A DNA stretch of 63,994 nt, the filler included, from Conidiobolus incongruus B7586 (Eukaryota): assembly GCA_000697335.1 (NCBI GenBank). It is 44 parts of 44 records of this genome, joined end to end, with 100 filler letters (N's around TTAATTAATTAA, not from the genome) between each part and the next. Parts side by side here need not be neighbours in the genome. Positions count along the whole stretch, not along the records: positions 55,750 to 57,442 come from JNEM01002421.1; positions 57,543 to 59,232 come from JNEM01002422.1; positions 59,333 to 60,938 come from JNEM01002423.1; positions 61,039 to 62,639 come from JNEM01002424.1; positions 62,740 to 63,994 come from JNEM01002464.1; 39 more parts are not named here. One strand, written 5' to 3'. The first letter of the stretch is position 1. Each line of letters starts with the position of its first letter. The notes below the pieces were generated by a model. It was given only the letters and a program-made list of their open reading frames with translations, ran no database searches and was not told the origin of the DNA. A program made the position numbers and the translations under genes. This document shows, piece after piece, positions 55,790-63,994 of this stretch.

Positions 55790-57280
55790 TAATTTTTATT
55801 AAATTATGTAATTAATATATATTTTATATTTATAATATAATATATAAAGTTAAATTTAATTAATTAATAATTGATATATTAAAATTAAAAATATATCTAA
55901 GATAAGTTATAAATTTATAGGTTTTAATATCGATAGAAAAATTAATATCTAATATATCAACCTTTTGCTTTTTTAATTTCTTTAAATTTATGGGATATAA
56001 AGTTAACTAACTTCTTATATTAAGTAGGACTAATATTCTTCCAAGTTTCTTGAATATACTCTTAAAGTTGATTTAAATTTTTTGTTAAATAAAAGCTTTA
56101 ATTAATTTTTTTAATTAATCCTAAAGATGTTTAATTAGGTTAAAATTAAAAAATTAAAAAGATTATTTCATAATAGTTATTTTGTTATTTTTAAGCCATT
56201 TAATAATAGAATTTATGATATAATAAAGGGTATTATCTTGTTAGAGAATAATATTTAATATATTTAATTTATATCACTTAATAGTTTTTTTTCAATTTAT
56301 TATTTATAATATTTTAATATATCTTAGTATTAATTCCCTTATTAACCCTACAAAAATACCTTATACCTAAAGATAACATATATCCCTAACTTATAATTAA
56401 CATATTATTATATTTTTGGGTTATAATAAAATAATGGTTATAAAGTAATTCTTTATCTTTTTTGAAATATCTAACTTTTTTATTAAATTTATTAAAACAT
56501 ATCTTTGTTTTATTAAACTAAATAATTTTATTTTAGTTAGTTTAAATTTAACTTTAATATTAGCATTTAAACTCCCACTTAGTTTTATAATAAGACTTCT
56601 TTAATTAAAGATGTTTTTTCTTAAGATATAAATAATATCTATTCTAATATAAAGTATATATAATAATATTAGTACTAACTAATATTCTTATATAATTTTA
56701 TAATTCTTATTATATTTCTATAATAGTATTATATTTACTTATACTAACTAATCTACAAATATACTTTTTATTAAGTTTATCTATAATCTTAACATACTTA
56801 AGTTTTAATTTAAGTGTTTTTTTATTATTATTCTTAATAACTTTAACTAGAGTAGATTAGCTAATATTAGTAATTCTAATAATCTTATAAGTTGATTTAT
56901 TTTTATTATAAAGTTAATTAATATATAAGTGAACTATTTTAGAGAGAGATTTAGGTATTATAATATTAATTTTAAAATATTACCTTAATAATTTTATAAT
57001 ATATATAATATAACAAGAGAAAAAAAAGATATATATAAGTTTTGTTATTTATACCCTTTTAATATATAAACCCACAAATTTATAACTCAACTTGGTTAAA
57101 TTTTAGGTTTTAATATATTAACCAATAATTAATGAAATATAATCAAATATAGTTAGTTATAATTAACTAATATAGGTAAATTATATATATTAATTTAAAT
57201 TTATTTAATTAAGAATTATTTAAAATATAGGTAAATATATAAGTAATTTTGAGTTTGTAACTTATTTTTATAGGCTAGTG
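55790..57280 (-). mobile_element. Nearly full-length Tc1-like element (transposase 56958->55942)
   Basis: Left terminus ...CTTATTTTTATAGGCTAGTG|TA (CACTAGCC.. on the minus strand); both inner repeats present. Confidence 0.93.
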
Positions 57281-57282
57281 TA

Positions 57283-57442
57283 TATATATAATATTTTTTT
57301 AATTAAAAAATTAATTTTTAAAGTTAATTATTTAATTTAATAATATTTAAACTAAATATTAATTATTAAAAGCCTTTAATTTTAATATTAGTAAAACTAA
57401 ATTATATATCTTTTAAAATTAATTAAAATTTACAAATAACTT
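57283..57442 (+). mobile_element. Mariner 5' UTR/N-terminus flanking the Tc1 insertion
   Basis: Aligns with 48535-48695, starting at the (TA)n tract. Confidence 0.75.
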
Positions 57443-58069
57443 NNNNNNNNNNNNNNNNNNNNNNNNNNNNNNNNNNNNNNNNNNNNTTAATTAATTAANN
57501 NNNNNNNNNNNNNNNNNNNNNNNNNNNNNNNNNNNNNNNNNNATAATGAATAATTATTATTAATTATTATATAGTTATTTCGAATTTTGAAAATGTTTTT
57601 TTAATTTAACTTAATATTTTGATTTATATTTTAATTAATATTTTATAAGAAATTAATATTATGTTATATATAATAAATCACTCTAAAAACCTTGGTTTTT
57701 GATTATAGTTTAATATGTTTTATAAAGATTCCCCTATTATTATATATTACTAATTAGAGTTGGACTAATATTATATTTAAATATTCCAGTAAATTAATTT
57801 AATTAAATTAGTTATATATGTAAAATAATAAGTATTGACAATAGTTTTATTATTATAATTTTAATATATATAAAGATATTAAACTTAATTAATAATCTTT
57901 GGTTAAAATAATTATTATCTTTATATTTATTTTTGTTTTAATTAATTGTTATCCTTTAGCCTAATAAAGTCAAATAGTTAAACTCCCAACAATTTATTTA
58001 GTATAATATATATTATAATTATAATAATGTTTATAATTATAATATTAGTTAATTTATAGATTATCAGAT

Positions 58070-58470
58070 TATCTGTGGTGAGCCTAGTTATATTTGGTGC
58101 TATAACAATAGTTATATATAATTATATTATTAGTATAGCTAGTGAAGTTAAGAGTTAGTAAAGTAAGATACTCCCATGATTAACTAAAATTGATAACCTT
58201 AATCAGCTATATGAGGCAATAATTTATGATCTTAAAAAGCTTTGTGATTTAAACCTCCAATTATTTTATAATATTATAGACTTATATAGATACAATATAT
58301 TCTGGAGAGAGATAAGACTTTAAGATATATATTATAACAATATATATATTCTAGCTAAAGACAAAGGACATATAAACTATCCTAAGAATTTACCCTTGAC
58401 TTTTGAGCAAATCTAGAGAATTAATGCTTTTAAGTCTAATTTGCCATCTAATATAGTTACATATATTTCC
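58070..58470 (+). pseudogene. Possible non-LTR retrotransposon RT N-terminal relic
   Basis: LTKIDNL (SAGIDNL?)...FWREI...IYILAKDKGHINYPKNLPLTFEQI*RI resembles the LINE RT G.D...IPK.G....N.RP motif series. Confidence 0.35.
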
Positions 58471-58474
58471 AAAA

Positions 58475-59093
58475 GATTTGCTAAAGATTTAACCCTCTAT
58501 ACCCTACTTTATAGGCTTTATTTAACTATAGCTATCCTATTTTTTTTATTTTTATTTATATTATAAAATTTTTATTTTGTATTTTTACTTAAATATAAAA
58601 GTTCTAGTTTCAGTATATATAATGAATTTATATTATTAATATTAAAATCCTTTTATAATTTATTAATTATTTTACACAAATATATAACATTATATTTTAT
58701 TTTATTAATAATTAAAAAGAATAGATAAAATTTGTTTTCTAAATTATAATTAGTTTTAGATGATTTTTTTAGTTTCGAATAATTTACCTAGCGATAAAAT
58801 ATTAATTTAAATAAAACGTCATTTTCAAAAATTGTTTGTAAGTTTCAAAAGACATTAGATAATTAATGATAAAATTTTGCTAATATCAAAATAAAAGACT
58901 TTGGGTAATTATTATTTAGTTTTAATATAATCAAATTAAAAAATCAATTTTTATAAAAATAATCACTTAATATAATTAAACCATATATAAATATATATTT
59001 GTTCAAATTTTTTTTAATTTTTATTAATTTTGCAAATTAGTAATATATTTAACAAATTTAAACTTAAAAAATATCCTATTATTTTTAACTCTG
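58475..59093 (-). mobile_element. Old mariner relic, 5' half with left terminus
   Basis: Terminus TA|CAGAGTTAAAAATAATAGGATATTTTTT on the minus strand; collinear with 48425-49050. Confidence 0.75.
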
Positions 59094-59332
59094 TATTAAT
59101 AATACAATATACTGATAATTTTTTTATATGAAAGGATTAAAAATAATATTAAAAGTTCTGAATATAATATAATATATTTAAATTATTCTAATTTGATTAT
59201 TATTAAAATTGATTAAATTAATATTTAAAATANNNNNNNNNNNNNNNNNNNNNNNNNNNNNNNNNNNNNNNNNNNNTTAATTAATTAANNNNNNNNNNNN
59301 NNNNNNNNNNNNNNNNNNNNNNNNNNNNNNNN

Positions 59333-60818
59333 TTATATTAAACTATATAATTAATATATATTTTCTAATTATAATATAATATATAAAATTAAATTTAATT
59401 AAGTATTAATTGATATATTAAAATTAAAAATATTCCTAAAATGAGTTATAAATTTGCAAGTTTTAATATTGATACAAAAAATAATATTTATTATATCTAT
59501 CTTTTGTTTTTTTTAATTTTTTTAAGTTTATGGGGTATAGAGTCAACTAGCTCTTTATATTAAACAAGATTAATATTATTCTAAGCTTTTTCAATATACT
59601 TTTAAAATTAATTTAAATTTTTTACTAAAGGGAAAACTTTAATAAATTTTTTTAATTGATCCTAAAAATATTCAATTAAGTTAAAATTAAAAAATTAAGG
59701 AGATTATTTTATAATAGTTATTTTGTTATTTTTAAGCTATTTAATAGTAGAATTTGTAATATAACAAAAGATATTATCTTGTTAGAAAATAATATTTAAT
59801 TTATTTAACCTATACTACTTAATAATTTTTTTTCAATTTATTATTTAAATACTTTAATATATCTTAATTATAATACCTTTATCAATCCTACAATAATATC
59901 CTATATCTAAAGATAAAATATATCCCTAAAATATAATTAACTTATTATTGTATTTTTGGGTTATAATAACATAATAGTTATAAAATAATATTTTATCTTT
60001 TTTGAAACTTCTAGATCTTTTATTAAATCTATTAAGATATATCTTTGTTTCATTAAATTAAATAACTTTATTTTAGTTAATTTCAGATTAACTTTGATAT
60101 TAACATTTAAACTCTTACTTAACTTTATAATGGGATTTTGTTAGCTAGGGGTGTTTTTCTTAAATTATAAGTGATATCTATTCTAATGTAAAACATATAT
60201 AATAGTATTAATATTAACTAATATTCTTATATAGTCTTGTAATTCTTATTATATTTCTATAATACTATTATATTTACTTATACTAACTAATCTATAAATA
60301 TATTATTTATCATATTTATCTATAATTTCAATATACTTAAGTTTTAATTTAGGTGTTTTTTTAATAATATTCTTAATAACCCTAGTTATTATAGATTTGT
60401 TAACACTAATAATTCTAATAATCTCAAAAGTTGATTTATTTTCATTATAAAGTTAATTAATATATATGTGAAGTTTTTTAGAGAGAGATTTAAGCATTAT
60501 AATATTAATTTCAGAATATTAAGTTAATAGTCTCATAATATAAATAATATAACAAAAGAACAAAAAAATATATATAAGTTTTGTTATTTATACCCTGTTA
60601 ACATATAAACCCACAAATTTATAACTTACTTTCGGGAAATTTTAGGTTTTAATATATTAACCAATAGTTAATGAAATATAATTAAATATAGTTAGTTATA
60701 ATCAATTAATATGGCAAATTATATATTTTAATTTAAATTTATTTAATTAAGAATTATTTAAAATATAGGTAAATATATAAGTAATTTTGATTTTATGACT
60801 TATTTTTGTAGACTAATG
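59333..60818 (-). mobile_element. Nearly full-length Tc1-like element (ATG 60497)
   Basis: MLKSLSKK start; left terminus ...GACTTATTTTTGTAGACTAATG|TA. Confidence 0.93.
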
Positions 60819-60820
60819 TA

Positions 60821-60938
60821 TATATTAATTTTTTAATTAAAAATAAATATTTTAAAATTTACTATTATTAATTATATTTAAATTAATTATTTATTATCAA
60901 ACGCTTTTATTTTGATATTTAAAATACTTAATTTTAAA
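60821..60938 (+). mobile_element. Mariner 5' UTR/N-terminus flanking the Tc1 insertion
   Basis: TATCAAACGCTTTTATTTTGATAT matches the mariner YQKSFIL region. Confidence 0.65.
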
Positions 60939-62816
60939 NNNNNNNNNNNNNNNNNNNNNNNNNNNNNNNNNNNNNNNNNNNNTTAATTAATTAANNNNNN
61001 NNNNNNNNNNNNNNNNNNNNNNNNNNNNNNNNNNNNNNTACTAAAAATAAATCAAAAAGTTATTATTTATTAAGTGAAATATTAAATTTATATTATATAT
61101 TTAATATTTTTATATTATATAATAAAATATTTATTATTTCTTAATCATAAAAAATTCCATTTATTTAGAATAATAATAATATCAATTAAATTATTAATTA
61201 ATATAATCATAATATACTGAATTTAAAGATTTAAGAAAATCTTTATATATATACCAAATCTGATTAAATATGATGAAATTATCTTAAATTAAGTATAATA
61301 ATATATTATCAATTTCTTTGATCTTATAATATTATTTAATTTGTTAACTTAAAAATAAATATAATTGAGTTAATTAAATTATCAAGAAATATAATGTAAT
61401 TCTTTATTTATAATTATTTTAATAAATTTTATCTCGATCTTTAATATTATATAACTTACTATCCAATTAGTATTAATATTTTATCTTTTAATATTATCTT
61501 AATCCTTAATTATCATATTTAATAAATAATTTTATTAATTTCAAAATAAGTTTAAAATCAACTAAATACTAACGGACTTAAATATTTCTGCCTCACCATT
61601 TATTTTCTTATTAGGATATTGTCCTGGAAGCTATAATATTTGAATTTAAAAGTTATATTTTTCAAAAAACTTCCCTTACCTTTAAAGATAGTTTTTAGTT
61701 GACAATTTGATTATAAGAAAACAAATGTCATTAATTTAATTATCAAAGCTTAATAAACCATTAGCGATATAATATATATCTTGATTTTCTTAATAAAGCT
61801 TTTGATCTAATATTATCACTTATATTTATTAGACAATTTAAACTATTTACTTATTTTTTATATCACTTATAATTTATATTGCAATAGTACAAAGATATAA
61901 ATTCTAAGGTTGTAATTAATTATCAAATAAAACAAAGCTTGATATAAACTCAGTATAATATTAAAAATAATAATATTTTTAATTAAAAATATCTAGTTAT
62001 AATTAATAATAAGTTATATATATTGTAATATTTTTGTTAATAATTAATCATAAAGTTTTATTCTAAGATGTAAAATTTTATTTTGAATTTTTAGTCAATA
62101 TAAGAACTTTTTCTTGAAAAAGTTTCTTAAATGAAATTTTTTTTAATAGTTAAACTGAAATACTTGATAAATTATCTGATTTGGAAAATATACTTAATTG
62201 AAATAAACTTTTATATATCATAAAAATTTAATATATTAAAATATTTATTAATATTCATATATATTATTCAGATTTAAATATATATTTAGGAAAAAAAATT
62301 AATTGATAATAGATTTTAGCTTGATATTTCATTTTAACAAATTTAGTACATATATTAATCAAATTATTATCCGGTTTTTGGAAATATCTATATTTAACGA
62401 TATATTAATATATATAGTAAACTATCCATTGATATTGAATTAATTTAAAAATATAACTATAATAGATAGCTATAATGATAAGAATTGGTTAATTATAATA
62501 ACCTTATTGGAATCCGTATAATTAATCTCATTTTATATAAATATTTATATATTATATTATTTTTAATAAAAAGTTTATATAAAACCCAATATTGATTTTG
62601 AATATTTTAAAATTCAATATATTTTTAAATAAAATAATANNNNNNNNNNNNNNNNNNNNNNNNNNNNNNNNNNNNNNNNNNNNTTAATTAATTAANNNNN
62701 NNNNNNNNNNNNNNNNNNNNNNNNNNNNNNNNNNNNNNNGAGTTTTTTAAATTTTTATATATATAATTATATAATTAGATTAATTATAATATTTTATAAT
62801 TATTTTTTATTTTTAT

Positions 62817-63776
62817 TGAGGGAGTATTTTAACTCCTTGTTCTAAAAACTAATGATATTCTAGATAATTTATTTTATAAGCTATTGTTTAATAAGTTTGA
62901 AATATTTAAACTATCTAACTTTCTTAAATAAACCTACTCTTTTATTTCTATTAACTTTAACTTTACTCTTTCTTTATCTTTTACTTATCTTTTTAGCTTT
63001 TTACCTGATACTTTATATTTTTTTACAAGATTCCTCTTAATAAAATAAGTTTAAACTTTAATAAATGGTGATTCTACTAGGGATTACTATAGATATCTTG
63101 AGAACTATTAATCTAGTTAAGATAATCATCTAATTTGTGATATCTTACCTTGTACTTTTATCTTAAAACTTCTATATTTCTTTTCTCTATCTTATCTATT
63201 CTAGAATTTTCACATAGTAGGTAATAATCCTAAACTTATAAACTTTTGTTTAAGTTATTAATCTTATATCTTTAAAGCTAGTCTATTTATTTTTTTGTAA
63301 ATTATTAAGTTAATATATCACCTAGCTTTTGTTTATCTCTTTTTATTTGAATTTATCATTATGTATATATTTATTATTTTGTTTCTAAGTACTCATAGCC
63401 TACCTATTTTTTTTATTTCTCTGGTAGTATAATGAGTATAAGGATATTTTTTACCTTTCAGCTTATTATTAAATAAAAAGATTTTTGATTCAAGCTGGAT
63501 AGAACTTCAGCTATAATAAGATAAGGTAATGAGGGAGTATTTTAACTTCTTGTTTTAAAAACTAGTGATTTTCTAGATAATCTATTTTATAAGCCATTGT
63601 TTAATAAGTTTAAAATATTTAAACTATCTAACTTTCTTAAATAAAATTGCTCTTCTATTTCTATTAACTTTAACTTTACTTTTTCTTTATTTTTTATTTA
63701 CCTTTTTAGCTTTTTACCTGATACTTTATATTTTTTTATAGGATTCTTCCCAATAGAGTAAGTTTAAACCCTAATA
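62817..63776 (+). mobile_element. Complete TRIM-like non-autonomous LTR retroelement, 960 bp
   Basis: Two 247-bp direct repeats (62817-63063 and 63530-63776) starting TG; 466-bp non-coding interior; PBS after the 5' LTR; purine-rich AAGATAAGGTAA before the 3' LTR; 4-bp TSD TTAT. Confidence 0.88.
63066..63083 (+). promoter_or_regulatory. Primer-binding site, tRNA-Arg-like
   Basis: TGGTGATTCTACTAGGGA lies 2 nt after the LTR and differs from the tRNA-Arg-type PBS TGGCGACTCCACTGGGGA only by C->T/G->A changes. Confidence 0.7.
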
Positions 63777-63994
63777 TTATAATAAAATTAAATTTATAAA
63801 TAATATCAAATTTTTTAATTTAGTATTTTTTTCTTTTTTCTTTGAATTTTTAATAATTTTTATTTTATATATTATTTCTAAAATTATAATTATATTATAT
63901 TAATACTATAATATATTAATATTATTGAATATAAATTTTAATATATTAGTGACTTATTTGAATTTAAAGTTTAATTAAACTTTGTTTATATTTA

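Larger units (their letters stand above)
62740..63994 (+). repeat. Family D LTR split by the TRIM-like insertion (62740-62816 and 63781-63994)
   Basis: Both flanks align in register to the reverse complement of 22984-23383 (e.g. AGTGACTTAT...AGTTTAATTAAACTTTGTTTATATTT). Confidence 0.75.

Noticed and set aside
57990..58560. Envelope-like protein (hydrophobic stretch, heptads, C-terminal TM)
   Set aside because: C->T/G->A mutation inflates Ile/Leu/Phe/Tyr, and the apparent C-terminal TM is antisense mariner sequence.
61570..61720. Minus-strand KINGEAEIF as an integrase NG.AER motif
   Set aside because: No convincing upstream catalytic-D motifs in frame; too degraded to call.
1..63994. Organelle or reduced endosymbiont genome suggested by the extreme AT content
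   Set aside because: No rRNA, respiratory or ribosomal protein genes; content is nuclear-type (Pol III tRNA, GPCRs, LTR and Tc1/mariner elements).

Overview
This window is not contiguous DNA. It is 44 short unplaced contigs (about 1.0-2.0 kb each) joined by 43 artificial 100-bp spacers (44 N + TTAATTAATTAA + 44 N). The DNA is eukaryotic, most likely fungal, extremely AT-rich, and mostly dead transposons: about 10 copies of a Tc1-like DD34E element with long IR/DR-type ends; about 15 pieces of a mariner DD34D element; scattered parts of Ty3/Gypsy LTR retrotransposons (LTR, gag, zinc knuckle, protease, RT/RNase H, integrase, chromodomain); several solo LTRs with target-site duplications; and one complete 960-bp TRIM-like miniature retroelement. 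The repeats were destroyed almost entirely by C->T/G->A transitions (TGG->TAG/TAA, CAA->TAA, CCA->CTA/TTA). A tRNA-Asn gene, a 201-bp solo LTR and low-copy host pseudogenes (two 7TM GPCRs, a Kelch-repeat gene) keep their CpA/TpG/CpG. This is the signature of a RIP-like, repeat-targeted hypermutation system. The host pseudogenes resemble families expanded in early-diverging, Conidiobolus-like fungi (inference only), a group where canonical RIP is not established. No intact protein-coding gene was found. All alignments and translations were done by eye, so internal boundaries are approximate.
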